A DNA stretch of 64,000 bases from positions 71,734-135,733 of the forward strand of contig MHNO01000009.1 in assembly GCA_001819815.1 (NCBI GenBank), in the 5' to 3' direction. Of this stretch, positions 1 through 9,880 are shown piece by piece. Origin of the DNA: Candidatus Ryanbacteria bacterium RIFCSPHIGHO2_02_FULL_45_17b. GTDB taxonomy: Bacteria; Patescibacteriota; Minisyncoccia; Ryanbacterales; 2-02-FULL-48-12. Position numbers and translations under genes: made by a program. The notes beneath the pieces are model-generated. The model searched no databases. It saw nothing but the letters and a program-made list of their open reading frames with translations, and was not told where the DNA came from. Positions within the stretch are counted from its first letter, which is position 1; each line of letters starts with the position of its first letter.

Positions 1-287
1 ATTTCATGCTGAAACGGCACCGCGTCTATGCCATAGTGCTCCATCAACGGATGTTTGGTGTTTGCGGCGCGGTGTATATCAAATTCTTTTTTTAATAGTT
101 TATCAACCGCCGAATTCAAATTAAACGGAAACCCGGGTGGCCGCCCCACGCCACGCTTTCTATCAAGATAAAAACACCGCGGACACTCCGTGTATAACTC
201 AATTTTAGAACGCGACAACTTAAAGGGAGTTTTTGATCCGGTAATGTATATGTTTTTTGTGCGCGTTGAGTTGTAGTATTGAGACAT
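1..287 (-). CDS. PD-(D/E)XK nuclease family (Cas4/RecB-like) protein, N-terminal part, truncated by the window edge
   Basis: Manual translation MSQYYNSTRTKNIY...LSRSKIELYTECPRCFYLDRKRGVGRPPGFPFNLNSAVD; the LSxSxI...CPRCFY motif is typical of this family. Confidence 0.75.
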   Translation of the reverse strand, partial: MSQYYNSTRTKNIYITGSKTPFKLSRSKIELYTECPRCFYLDRKRGVGRPPGFPFNLNSAVDKLLKKEFDIHRAANTKHPLMEHYGIDAVPFQHE

Positions 288-293
288 AAAAAA

Positions 294-1088
294 TCAAGGT
301 GATGACAATTCCTGTAAGCATCGCCCCACGGCTGCCGTAAGCGTCCATCCACAGTGGCCATCATCCTGACGTTCGCACACAGCTTGTTCATAGCACGCAA
401 ACTCGGACTTGTACTCGCATGTGGTAATAACATCACCATCCGCGCACACCTGCCCATTGCAACCGGTAACCATACAGCCACCGCGTTCTCGGCCTGTTTC
501 AATATCTTCCTCTGCCGATTCTTTTGGCGTATCACGAAAGAGTACAGGGATTTCAATCGCATCATCATGTTCCGGCAACCCTGAAGGATTATCTTTTCGT
601 AATATCAACGTGCCGTAGTTTTTATAGGCAGGCGCTTTGAATGTAAGTGTTGCTTTAAATGGCACAAATTCTTCCGTCATCCACTTACCCTGCGCCTCGG
701 CATACCCTTCGGCAATAATTAACCCGTCCCAATCTACAAGCACAACCGGAAACGATGCTTCAAAATACCAACCGCCGCGGGCTTCTCCGGTAATCGTAAT
801 CGGACTTACAATCTCTTGGTTTGGCTGGGGATCTGAAACCCGAATAAGATTACTTTTATCCTTCTTATTATCAATCTCTTCAGTAAATGTTTGGCCATTA
901 GGAGTCCGACATTGCCGTGGGTATCTTTCCGTTATGGGGTGGCCAGCTTCCATACATTCTTTGAAACTTGTAATGTGGATCGTCTCGCCATTGTTTTCAG
1001 GAAGCCCTATCTTATAGACAACCGCGCCCATGAGTAGCAATACTATAAGACCTAGGAAGAGAAAAAGTCGTTTTAGAGACATGTGCAT
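294..1088 (-). CDS. Membrane-anchored surface protein with a Gmad2 Ig-like domain and a C-terminal Cys-cluster domain
   Basis: N-terminal TM; SPITITGEARGGWYFEASFPV; CMVTGCNGQVC...C...C...C...CGW. Confidence 0.8.
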   Translation of the reverse strand: MHMSLKRLFLFLGLIVLLLMGAVVYKIGLPENNGETIHITSFKECMEAGHPITERYPRQCRTPNGQTFTEEIDNKKDKSNLIRVSDPQPNQEIVSPITITGEARGGWYFEASFPVVLVDWDGLIIAEGYAEAQGKWMTEEFVPFKATLTFKAPAYKNYGTLILRKDNPSGLPEHDDAIEIPVLFRDTPKESAEEDIETGRERGGCMVTGCNGQVCADGDVITTCEYKSEFACYEQAVCERQDDGHCGWTLTAAVGRCLQELSSP

Positions 1089-1133
1089 GCATACAATTAT
1101 ATCACGGCGCCATAAAAAGAAAAAAGAAGAGGT

Positions 1134-1463
1134 TCAATGCACTCTTCTTGTGTTATTCACCACGAGACGTGGCGGATTTTTGTTTGGGGGTCGAATTTTT
1201 TCAAGCGGACGATTCCGTCGTTCTTTTTTTTGATTCACAGTCGGCTTTGTTTGCTGTCCGCGGTTAAGACCTGCCAAGTAGGTATTTTTAATAAGCAACA
1301 TACATCCTACGGCACAGCCAACCAATAAAACAAAGGTCAAAAAACCGCTGAATACGTAAACAAAACTGCTCAACGAAGCACCCAAGACAACAAAGAAACC
1401 GAAAAGATAAAAAGATACAAGCTCTTCTCGCGCGTAGTCAGATAAACTTTCATTCATAGACAA
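1134..1463 (-). CDS. Hypothetical 2-TM membrane protein
   Basis: 109-aa ORF with two hydrophobic segments; AGGAGG upstream. Confidence 0.6.
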   Translation of the reverse strand: MSMNESLSDYAREELVSFYLFGFFVVLGASLSSFVYVFSGFLTFVLLVGCAVGCMLLIKNTYLAGLNRGQQTKPTVNQKKERRNRPLEKIRPPNKNPPRLVVNNTRRVH

Positions 1464-1565
1464 CTCCCTCCTGTAAGATCTGATTTAAACGTATACTAAC
1501 AAATAGAAAATTGCAATCAATAGTATCATGCGTTTGGCGACCTGACCGCCATTATAGACAACCGT

Positions 1566-1775
1566 GAATTACGAAACACACCCTCATCCGATGACCGCCA
1601 CACGAATTGATAATGAGTTGAACAAGATGTGTAACGTCTTGCGATGACCAAAATATGAAAAATAATAATAAAGAATTCAATATTGGGTCATCGCAAGACG
1701 TTATATTGTACTTGTGTATGCAAATTGATGGGAGGTCATCAGATGAGAGGAATACATGTGTTTCGTAATTCAAAG
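1566..1775. repeat. Nested inverted-repeat element, copy A (MITE-like or structured RNA)
   Basis: GAATTACGAAACACA at the left end and TGTGTTTCGTAATTC at the right end; inner 18-bp perfect IR at 1632-1649 and 1686-1703; related sequence at 48697-48820 and 27116-27153. Confidence 0.8.
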
Positions 1776-1859
1776 AGACAAGTAATTCTTAGACATGAAG
1801 AATCGTTTAGCGGAGAAGGTCGTATTGTTTTGTAACACTCAATACGCTACAATAGCCCT

Positions 1860-1937
1860 ATGTACAAAAAGAAAAAAGTTGCGCGCCGAAAGCACGCAAA
1901 ACACAAAGGAAAACAAGTGCGGGTGGCGCACCGGTAA
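1860..1937 (+). CDS. Putative 25-aa highly basic peptide MYKKKKVARRKHAKHKGKQVRVAHR
   Basis: TTGTTT-17-TACAAT promoter with ATG 6 nt downstream, the same leaderless spacing as many genes here. Confidence 0.55.
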   Translation: MYKKKKVARRKHAKHKGKQVRVAHR

Positions 1938-1944
1938 AGTTTCT

Positions 1945-2304
1945 TTACGAGCGTGAAGCCGAGTAATAATTCCGTTCGGAGTTTTTTCGCATCATATGCA
2001 CAACGGAAAGAATAACTCCGAACAGGAACGCCCACCAAAACCCATCCACATAAAACCCGGGAACAATCCACGCGGCAAATTGTATAACGAGCGCGTTTAT
2101 TACCAATAGGAAAAACCCAAACGTGATAACAGTAATGGGAAGCGTAAGAATAATAAGTAATGGCTTTACGGTTGCGTTGGCAAGCCCGATAATAATAGCG
2201 GCGCCAAACGCGGCAAGATACCCCGCAACGGATACTCCGGGCAACACATAGGCAAGCACAAAAATAACAGCCGCGCTTATAATCCAATCAAAAAGAAATT
2301 TCAT
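1945..2304 (-). CDS. Phage-holin-family 4-TM membrane protein (YvlD-like)
   Basis: NATVKPLLIILTLPITVITFGFFLLVINA motif; TATAAT 6 nt before ATG 2304. Confidence 0.85.
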   Translation of the reverse strand: MKFLFDWIISAAVIFVLAYVLPGVSVAGYLAAFGAAIIIGLANATVKPLLIILTLPITVITFGFFLLVINALVIQFAAWIVPGFYVDGFWWAFLFGVILSVVHMMRKNSERNYYSASRS

Positions 2305-2476
2305 ATTTCTATTATAATCTATTTTTTGGGCTTGTCGAGAATAAACGCGCAATCGTAATACTCATTAAAAAAGGGCGGAGAATATATCCTCCACTGAAAC
2401 CGCGTATGGTATAAAGACAGTATAACAAAAACTCCGCACATTGTGCAGAGTCATTGTTTGCAGTAACTATCAATAC

Positions 2477-2650
2477 CTACTGGCTATTTTCATCAAGGGT
2501 ATCGCTATCATCATTCTTTTTGTGCGCCGACATATCACCGCAACCACACTCTTCAAATGCTTCACCCTTATGCGTACAGCCTTCCGCAGAACAGGTATCT
2601 GACTGCTCTGAAACAGCTCCACATGTCCCTTTACATACATGATGCTCCAT
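2477..2650 (-). CDS. 57-aa Cys/His-rich small protein, probably metal-binding
   Basis: Manual translation MEHHVCKGTCGAVSEQSDTCSAEGCTHKGEAFEECGCGDMSAH...; below the ORF-track cutoff. Confidence 0.6.
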   Translation of the reverse strand: MEHHVCKGTCGAVSEQSDTCSAEGCTHKGEAFEECGCGDMSAHKKNDDSDTLDENSQ

Positions 2651-2676
2651 AAAAAATACATCTTAAGAATAATCTA

Positions 2677-2913
2677 TCAACGTGGCATGGTTGTAGGACT
2701 CCCTCCAGAACAGTTACGACAATCATTCTTATGCGTTACAACCAGCATAATTGCGGAAAGTCCTACAAGAATGTAAATAACCCTTGAGACAAGCGCATCC
2801 ATGCCACCAAAAAGTTTTCCAATATCCCAACCCGCAACACCTACCAACAACCAATTAAGACCACCCACCACCAAGAGAATAAATGCTACTGTGTGTAATG
2901 CTTTCATATACAT
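2677..2913 (-). CDS. DUF378 (YuzA-like) membrane protein
   Basis: LLVVGGLNWLLVG...RVIYILVGLSA. Confidence 0.85.
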   Translation of the reverse strand: MYMKALHTVAFILLVVGGLNWLLVGVAGWDIGKLFGGMDALVSRVIYILVGLSAIMLVVTHKNDCRNCSGGSPTTMPR

Positions 2914-3056
2914 ATAAAATTAAAAAATAAAGAGCAATTTTGACAAATCGACCTTTTGCAAATTACATAGACTTTGCTATTATACAACAGGCTAGACGGC
3001 GATTTCTAAAAGGTTATCCACACGTAGTAATATAAGCTTCTAACTTCTAAACATAT

Positions 3057-3290
3057 ATGAAAAAAGTAGCAATCTATACAACACCTACCTGCGTATATTG
3101 CAAAATGGCAAAGGAGCTTTTCGGAGAACACGGCATTGAATACACAGAATACAACGTTGCTCAAGATGCCGAAAAGCGAAATGAATTGATAGAGCGCACC
3201 GGGCAAATGGGTGTGCCGGTAATCACCATAGACAATGAAGTTGTTATCGGCTTTGATGAAGAGAAGCTTCGAGTACTCCTCGGTATCTAA
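3057..3290 (+). CDS. Glutaredoxin-like / NrdH-redoxin
   Basis: YTTPTCVYC, GQMGVPV, IGFD. Confidence 0.9.
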   Translation: MKKVAIYTTPTCVYCKMAKELFGEHGIEYTEYNVAQDAEKRNELIERTGQMGVPVITIDNEVVIGFDEEKLRVLLGI

Positions 3291-3379
3291 AAATATAAGT
3301 ATACCCGCGTTGCTAACAGCATATCCACATACCTCTCTTGTTCTTTAACGTTTTAAGAGCCAATGTGTGTTGGCTTTTT

Positions 3380-4507
3380 TTATAATAAATACTTTTTGTC
3401 TTTCAGTTTTTCCGGCAAATAGCTTTCCTTGTCATATGTTTCGTATCCTTTGCCATAATCCAAATCCTTCATCAATTTGGTAGGCGCGTTTCGAATTTTG
3501 AGCGGCACTGGCAAATTACCATGCATCTTTACATCCGCCATCGCGGCCATGAGGCCGTCATACGCGCGGCGATCTTTTTTTTGCGCGCATAAATACGCGA
3601 CACCATGCGCGAGGTTAATGGCGCACTCGGGGTAGCCAATGGTTTCTACTGCCCGAAATACATCATTTGCAACCACAAGCGCGGTGGAGTTCGCAAGTCC
3701 TATGTCCTCACTTGCGAATATAACCATGCGCCGCGCAATGAATTTGGGATCTTCCCCCGCATCCACCATGCGCGCCAAGTAATACAATGCCGCGTCTGCC
3801 TGCCCCGCGCGCATGCTTTTTATAAACGCGGAGATAACAGTATAATGTTCTTCGCCTTTTTTGTCATAGCGCAAATGTTTTGATTGGAGTGTTTCCTTGA
3901 GAGTTGATACGGTTACAGCGCCATATAATTTTTCTGTGTTCTCAAGCATGGTAATTGCTTGGCGCGCGTCTCCATTTGCCATTTGTATAAGCCACTCGCG
4001 AGCGGCTGCGGAAATATTCATGTTTGTTCTATCAATTACGCGCGCCATTTCATCACAAGACAATTCATTGAGCACAAATACACGACATCGTGAAAGCAAC
4101 GGAGCTATTACCTCAAAACTGGGATTTTCCGTAGTAGCGCCAATGAGCGTAAGAGCGCCTGACTCCACATGCGGCAATAAATAATCCTGTTGCGCCTTAT
4201 TGAAACGGTGAATTTCATCCAAAAATAATATTTTTGGTTTACCGAGGCTTCCGATAGCAACTATTTTTCTCACATCATCTTTTCCGGCGGAGACCGCTGA
4301 TAATTCATACAACTCGGCAGAGAGCGCTTTTGCATAAATTTTCGCAAGTGTGGTTTTTCCCACACCGGGCGGACCCCACAAAATAAACGAAAAGAGATGC
4401 TGTTGTTCCATGGCAACGCGGAGAGGTTTTCCCTCGCCAACCAAATGATCCTGCCCCACAAACTCATCGAGCGTTTGCGGACGTATTTTTGACGCAAGCG
4501 GTTCCAT
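3380..4507 (-). CDS. rarA: Replication-associated recombination protein A (AAA+)
   Basis: PLASKIRP, GPPGVGKTT, DEIHRFNKAQQD, SAFIKSMR, ASEDIG. Confidence 0.95.
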   Translation of the reverse strand: MEPLASKIRPQTLDEFVGQDHLVGEGKPLRVAMEQQHLFSFILWGPPGVGKTTLAKIYAKALSAELYELSAVSAGKDDVRKIVAIGSLGKPKILFLDEIHRFNKAQQDYLLPHVESGALTLIGATTENPSFEVIAPLLSRCRVFVLNELSCDEMARVIDRTNMNISAAAREWLIQMANGDARQAITMLENTEKLYGAVTVSTLKETLQSKHLRYDKKGEEHYTVISAFIKSMRAGQADAALYYLARMVDAGEDPKFIARRMVIFASEDIGLANSTALVVANDVFRAVETIGYPECAINLAHGVAYLCAQKKDRRAYDGLMAAMADVKMHGNLPVPLKIRNAPTKLMKDLDYGKGYETYDKESYLPEKLKDKKYLL

Positions 4508-4518
4508 AAAAACTTACC

Positions 4519-6168
4519 TCAAGATTTCGTCTCTATATACCCCAACATGTTTTCAAGGGAAACATCAAGCTTTTTCCCCGGATTAAAAATACCATTGGGG
4601 TCAAAAATGCGCTTTGTTTGTTGAAACAATCCATACATGTCTTTGCCAAACATATCTTCTACATAAGCTCCGCGTATCAAACCATCATTATGCTCCCCGC
4701 TAATAGAACCATGATATGCAAACACAAGATCATACACGCGCCGCGCCACCTCGCGTATGGTTTGCTTCATGCGCTTATTTTTCGGATCCATGAGCGGTAT
4801 CACATGAAAGTTTCCATCACCCATGTGCCCCGCAATCGTATAAATTAAATCATCATATTCATCTATAATCTGTTTCAACTTGGGGAGAAATTCCGATACC
4901 TGTTCCGGCGGAACAACCACATCATCTATAAAAGGAGCCGCGCGTAATCCTCGAACACGTCTCCGTAATAAATTGAAACTCTCCCGGCGCATAACCCAAT
5001 ATTTTTCCGCTTCCGCGTTGGTACGCGCAATTTTACTGCGTAACCCTGAAACCATATGGATATCCTTTTCTGCTTTCTCTGCCATGAGGCGCGCTTCCTT
5101 CTCGGTCTTTGCTGTAAATTCCACAAGAAGCACCAATTTGGGAACACCTCCTGTAAGCACCATCCACATCTCGGGCAAAAATGAGACGGCAAGTTTAAAA
5201 AAGGTACTCTTCAAGCGCGCAGCAAACTCCGGAAAAAACTGTATGGCAACCCGAAACGTATGGTCATCATATGATTCAAAACTCTCCGGCTTATGACGCA
5301 TTATACGTTTAATCACCCTTCCCAAATTGTTCATGTCATCAAGAAAGAGCACTAAAAGCGCTGAATGCGGATTCGGACGCACCAGCTGAAACGTGACATC
5401 CGTAATAATACCAAGCGTTCCCTGGGAACCCACAATAACTTTAGTCAGATCAAAAACACCGCGGTTTTCATCAAACACGTCCCATAAATTGTACCCTGAT
5501 GAATTTTTTGAAACAGCGGGGCGCGCTTTTTCAATAATCGCGCGATGAGAAATAATCAATTCACGCATCCGCCGATATATATCTCCTTCAATCCCATCCT
5601 CTTGCATTTTCCGCTTCCATTCCTCTTTATGCAACGGTTTAAACACATGAGGTTTTCCATCGCCCAGCACCATGGTTATTTTTTTGACATACCGTTCCGT
5701 TTTTCCATACTTGAGATTTTTCTCCCCGCCTGCGTTGTTTGCCACCATCCCTCCGATGGCGCAAATTTCACGAGATGCCGGATAACTCGGCAATATCAAT
5801 CCATGTTTTTTTGTCTCGGCATCAAAATCACGATAATACATACCCGGCTCAACAACTGCGTACTCCCCCGCAAACCCTTTCAGGCGATTCATGTACCGCG
5901 CGAATACTAACACGATAGACTGGGAAAGCGGACCACCTGTCATATCCGTACCGCCAGAACGAGCCGTAAGTGATATCGATGCTCCTCCTTGTTTTTTCTT
6001 CGCGACAAAGGAGACCAGATTACATACATCCGCCACGCCTTTCGGAAACACAACAATTTCTGGTTTTATGCGGAATAAACTAGCATCTCTGCTATATTCA
6101 TCACGCACTTTCGGAGATGTTTCCACATCACCTTCAAAAAAAGAACGTATTTCTCCTGCAAGATTCAT
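4519..6168 (-). CDS. FAD-linked oxidase (GlcD / D-lactate dehydrogenase family)
   Basis: RSGGTDMTGG, GGMVANNAGG, GSQGTLG, GHMGDGNFH, SGEHNDG, FDPNGIFNPGK. Confidence 0.9.
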   Translation of the reverse strand: MNLAGEIRSFFEGDVETSPKVRDEYSRDASLFRIKPEIVVFPKGVADVCNLVSFVAKKKQGGASISLTARSGGTDMTGGPLSQSIVLVFARYMNRLKGFAGEYAVVEPGMYYRDFDAETKKHGLILPSYPASREICAIGGMVANNAGGEKNLKYGKTERYVKKITMVLGDGKPHVFKPLHKEEWKRKMQEDGIEGDIYRRMRELIISHRAIIEKARPAVSKNSSGYNLWDVFDENRGVFDLTKVIVGSQGTLGIITDVTFQLVRPNPHSALLVLFLDDMNNLGRVIKRIMRHKPESFESYDDHTFRVAIQFFPEFAARLKSTFFKLAVSFLPEMWMVLTGGVPKLVLLVEFTAKTEKEARLMAEKAEKDIHMVSGLRSKIARTNAEAEKYWVMRRESFNLLRRRVRGLRAAPFIDDVVVPPEQVSEFLPKLKQIIDEYDDLIYTIAGHMGDGNFHVIPLMDPKNKRMKQTIREVARRVYDLVFAYHGSISGEHNDGLIRGAYVEDMFGKDMYGLFQQTKRIFDPNGIFNPGKKLDVSLENMLGYIETKS

Positions 6169-6266
6169 AAAGAAATTATAACACGACGAATATAATTGAC
6201 ATAAGAACGACAGAGATATGTTTTCGACGGTTTTCCTGCTCAAGGTTTACGAGGAGACGGGCAGAA

Positions 6267-6950
6267 TCACTCAATGGTTTGCTGTTCTATGGAAATGATT
6301 TTTCCATCGTCAAACTTTACAACTCTATCCGCGCGTTTTGCGTATTGAATTTCGTGCGTAACCATAATAATAGTCTGACCTTCTTTGTGCAGTCTCTTAA
6401 AAATATCCATGATAAGCGCGGATGACTCGTTGTCCAGGTTCGCGGTCGGCTCATCCGCAAACAATACCTTGGGATTATGCGCAATCGCACGCGCAATAGA
6501 TACCCGTTGTTGCTCCCCGCCCGATAGCTGGCTCGGTAAGTTGTATAAGCGATGGCCAAGACCCATTTTGGTAAGCGCATCATCCGCTTTTTTGTATGCT
6601 TCTATGGAAATAAGGTTTTGCATCAAAAGAGGTAACGCTACATTTTCAATAGCTGTAAGATCCGGTAACAAGGCATAATCTTGGAATACGTATCCAAACT
6701 TTTGTAGACGAAATATAACCTCTTCTGCATCAGTCATCTCGCGCGTGCTATGGCCATCCACCAACACATCACCGGAAGTTGGTTCATCAAGCAAACTCAT
6801 TTGATATAAAAAAGTGCTTTTCCCTGCACCTGAGCGCCCCATGATGGCAATAAACTCTCCATCGCTCACGGCAAAATCAATGCCTTTCAATACACGGGTT
6901 TCCACACTCCCGTTCTTAAATGTTTTTACTAATTTTTTTACTTCAATCAT
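6267..6950 (-). CDS. ABC transporter ATP-binding protein (LolD/MacB-like)
   Basis: [27 protein letters not shown]; start MIEVKK. Confidence 0.93.
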   Translation of the reverse strand: MIEVKKLVKTFKNGSVETRVLKGIDFAVSDGEFIAIMGRSGAGKSTFLYQMSLLDEPTSGDVLVDGHSTREMTDAEEVIFRLQKFGYVFQDYALLPDLTAIENVALPLLMQNLISIEAYKKADDALTKMGLGHRLYNLPSQLSGGEQQRVSIARAIAHNPKVLFADEPTANLDNESSALIMDIFKRLHKEGQTIIMVTHEIQYAKRADRVVKFDDGKIISIEQQTIE

Positions 6951-6955
6951 GGAAT

Positions 6956-7058
6956 TATGTGCAAGTAAAATTCTGAAACATGCAGGGGAAAAGTCCTCGG
7001 TTCTCCTTCGCTTCGCTCGGCCAGACTTTTCTCGTGCATGTTTCAAAATTTTCACATA
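6956..7058. repeat. Long intergenic hairpin inside the ABC operon
   Basis: Imperfect ~29-bp arms at 6967-6995 and 7024-7052; loop contains CTTCGCTTCGCTCGG. Confidence 0.75.
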
Positions 7059-7061
7059 GGC

Positions 7062-8315
7062 TTAATTTCTTCCCAATATAGAATCAAGTGTGTTCTTTCG
7101 AATAATCATCCACGCGGGAATATAACCGGCAATAATAGTAGAAAACACCAACAACCCGACACGAAAAAGTGTTTCGTCCACGGGCGCTACCAAAATGCCG
7201 TCGCTAAAAGGAAAATCTATGGGGTGCTCATCAATAAACGGAACAAGAAAACCATATACCAAAAGAAGTCCAATAGCCGAACCAAGCAAAGCGTAAAACG
7301 CCGATTGAAACACATATGACATCCGAATAGCGCTGCCATCAATGCCGATACCTTTCATAATGCCAATATATTTTCGCCGCGTAATGGCATTAATAAACAC
7401 CACAATAAAAATCGTAATGGATGCGACCACGAGACCCATGGAACTAAACACGGTTCCCAACATGTTAAACGTATTAATAATATCTTTCAAAAATTGCGGT
7501 TGGGCGTCCACATACGTTTGCACTTTTGCGTATCCATCAACTCCGCTTTGCTTTAATTTGTCACGCACGAGCGCGGGATCCGTTCCCGGACGTAAAAGTA
7601 CCGAAATTTGCGCCACATTGCCATCGTTCCGTCCGATCATGCTTCGAAATTGCGAGTCAACCATAAACATATTTCGGGTAAGCGCGTCTACTTTACTCTT
7701 TATAATGCCTTTCACCGTAACCTCGCGCGTAACGTCCCCTACGGTAATACGAATTTTACTCCCTACACCCACATTATCCAGCGCGGCAAAATTAGGATCA
7801 TCTACCGGTACGTACTGACTTAATAAAAACTGCCCGATAATGACCTGATCATAATCGGTTGGCAATAGATAATCACCCTCCGTTACCGATTCAGATAAAT
7901 GCGTAACCGCATCTTCCTGCGCTGGGTCAATGCCAAAAATTTGCGCGTTTGCGGTATTGCGTTTTTCTGTTTCTTTTCGTGTTTTATAATTCGCTTCAAG
8001 CACCGCTCCACTACCGTATCGTCCGGAAACTGCTTGTACTTCTGGAAAACTCCTCATAAGCGCTAGCAGGTTGGGGCTATTTTCAATATATTGTTTATCA
8101 TCGGGCGCCGATATAATAACATCACTTGTAAACTCAAAACGAGCCTGATCAACCGCGCCCTGAATTAACCCGACCAAAATACCGCTTACTACCACCAAGT
8201 TAAGAAATGTAAGCACCATGACAAAAATAATGAGACTGGTTGTCCAAATACTTGCCCTATGTACCTGCCGTATCGCGAGAAAAAATCCAATACGGATAGT
8301 AAGAAAAGATGCCAT
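7062..8315 (-). CDS. ABC transporter permease (FtsX/MacB/LolC-E family)
   Basis: N-terminal TM, large extracytoplasmic domain, RRKYIGIMKGIG motif, three C-terminal TMs. Confidence 0.9.
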   Translation of the reverse strand: MASFLTIRIGFFLAIRQVHRASIWTTSLIIFVMVLTFLNLVVVSGILVGLIQGAVDQARFEFTSDVIISAPDDKQYIENSPNLLALMRSFPEVQAVSGRYGSGAVLEANYKTRKETEKRNTANAQIFGIDPAQEDAVTHLSESVTEGDYLLPTDYDQVIIGQFLLSQYVPVDDPNFAALDNVGVGSKIRITVGDVTREVTVKGIIKSKVDALTRNMFMVDSQFRSMIGRNDGNVAQISVLLRPGTDPALVRDKLKQSGVDGYAKVQTYVDAQPQFLKDIINTFNMLGTVFSSMGLVVASITIFIVVFINAITRRKYIGIMKGIGIDGSAIRMSYVFQSAFYALLGSAIGLLLVYGFLVPFIDEHPIDFPFSDGILVAPVDETLFRVGLLVFSTIIAGYIPAWMIIRKNTLDSILGRN

Positions 8316-8316
8316 G

Positions 8317-9879
8317 TTATTCTTCTGCCATTTTCAATACCACCCTATCTCCTGAAGATAAACCGGAAATAATTTCCACAAATCCAAGCGATGAAACCAT
8401 GCCGGTAGTAACTTTTCGTTCTTCTAATACGTCACCTTTCTTCACAGACACATATGTTGCGCCGCCGCGATTGGTTACCACGCCCTGCGGAACACTGATA
8501 ACCCCTGATTTTTGTCTCGTGGTAACAGTAATATTTGAGGTCATTCCTGTTTTTATACGCGGATCCTGTTGAGTAAATTGAAGCACGGCGCGATATGTTG
8601 AAATACCGTCACGAATGGTTTCCCCCGGGTCAATAGAAACAACCGTAGCAAAAAATACTATGTCCGCGCCATAAGCGTCGAGCACCGCTTCCGCTGGATT
8701 CCCCGCGGCAAGAAGCGCTACATGAATTTCTGGCACATAACTTTCTATCTGAAGCGTCTCACGACTTATTAAAGAAACAAGCGCCGAACCCGATAACACG
8801 CTCTCTCCCGCTCGTACATCCGCTTTTGTTATTACTCCTGAAAATGGAGCGCGTATGATGGTTTTTGCAAGCTGTGCTTGCGCTTGGGTCACTTCAGCTT
8901 GGGCAGATCGCACCCGCGCCGCTTGAGCATTTGTATCCGCCCCTGAAGCACCCGCTTTCTCAAGCGCAAGACTGCGTATATCTTTTTTTAATGTGGCGGC
9001 GGCGCTCTGTTGAGTTGTGACCGCGCTAGTCAGCGTAGAAACAGAGGTATTTATGGTGGTGCGAGCCGTCACGATAGCACTTTTCCAATCATTAATATTC
9101 GCTCTGCTCACAGATGAACTTGTCACCGCTTTGCTCAAAGCACTATCAGCATCCGCAAGCAAAACACTTACTTGCTTCAAATCATTTTGGGCAAATGCCA
9201 CCATCTGAGATACATTATTCTCAGTGATAAGAGCTATGTTGCGTTCCTTCCACTCCACAAGCACTCCTTCTATAGCCACACGCTCAGACGTAAGCGTTGT
9301 TTCCAATTGCGCGTCCGGCAGTAAAAACACAAGACTCGTGCCTGATGTTTGGGAATATGACATAAACTGATCAATTTTGTTCCGTATTGCGTCATCCGCT
9401 TTTGTATACGCGTCGCGTAAGGCGTTTTCCACGGCTTGGCGCGCTTGATCGAGCGCAATCCCATCGCTTTCTATGGATGCTTCAAGCACCGCGATTTCTT
9501 CCGGCCGCGATCCTTCTTGCAAAGAATCCAACTCCGCGCGCGCAGTCTCAACCGCCGCTTTTTTTTGAAGTACCTGCGCGTACAAATCATCATTTTCAAG
9601 CTCAGCAAGCACCGCTCCAGCCACCACATCATCACCAACTTTTGCATACATATGCCCGAGGCGTCCTGTCTGGGCAAACCCCAAATCCACACTATCTGCC
9701 GCGACAACCGTGCCAGCCAGGGCTACCTGCTGAATAAAGTCACCGGGCTCCACCACAAGCGTCTCATAGCCATTACTTTTTTCTTTCAAGACAAAAAACC
9801 ACGTGCCTGCCCCTGCAACAAGCGCCGCGCAAACAACAAGGATTGTTTTTACGGATGATCTTATATATTTGAAAAAACT
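8317..9879 (-). CDS. Efflux periplasmic adaptor (MacA/HlyD family); start codon unclear
   Basis: Lipoyl-like halves, long coiled coil, IRAPFSGVI, KTGMTSNITV; the open frame extends upstream of TTG 9789 through a TM anchor. Confidence 0.85.
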   Translation of the reverse strand, partial: SFFKYIRSSVKTILVVCAALVAGAGTWFFVLKEKSNGYETLVVEPGDFIQQVALAGTVVAADSVDLGFAQTGRLGHMYAKVGDDVVAGAVLAELENDDLYAQVLQKKAAVETARAELDSLQEGSRPEEIAVLEASIESDGIALDQARQAVENALRDAYTKADDAIRNKIDQFMSYSQTSGTSLVFLLPDAQLETTLTSERVAIEGVLVEWKERNIALITENNVSQMVAFAQNDLKQVSVLLADADSALSKAVTSSSVSRANINDWKSAIVTARTTINTSVSTLTSAVTTQQSAAATLKKDIRSLALEKAGASGADTNAQAARVRSAQAEVTQAQAQLAKTIIRAPFSGVITKADVRAGESVLSGSALVSLISRETLQIESYVPEIHVALLAAGNPAEAVLDAYGADIVFFATVVSIDPGETIRDGISTYRAVLQFTQQDPRIKTGMTSNITVTTRQKSGVISVPQGVVTNRGGATYVSVKKGDVLEERKVTTGMVSSLGFVEIISGLSSGDRVVLKMAEE

Positions 9880-9880
9880 C

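Noticed and set aside
1552-1773. 73-aa ORF, and the similar N-terminal extension of the ORF at 48841
   Set aside because: Both are translations of the repeat element rather than genes.
1945-2304. Holin as evidence of a prophage
   Set aside because: This 4-TM family is common as a stand-alone chromosomal gene, and there are no phage neighbours.
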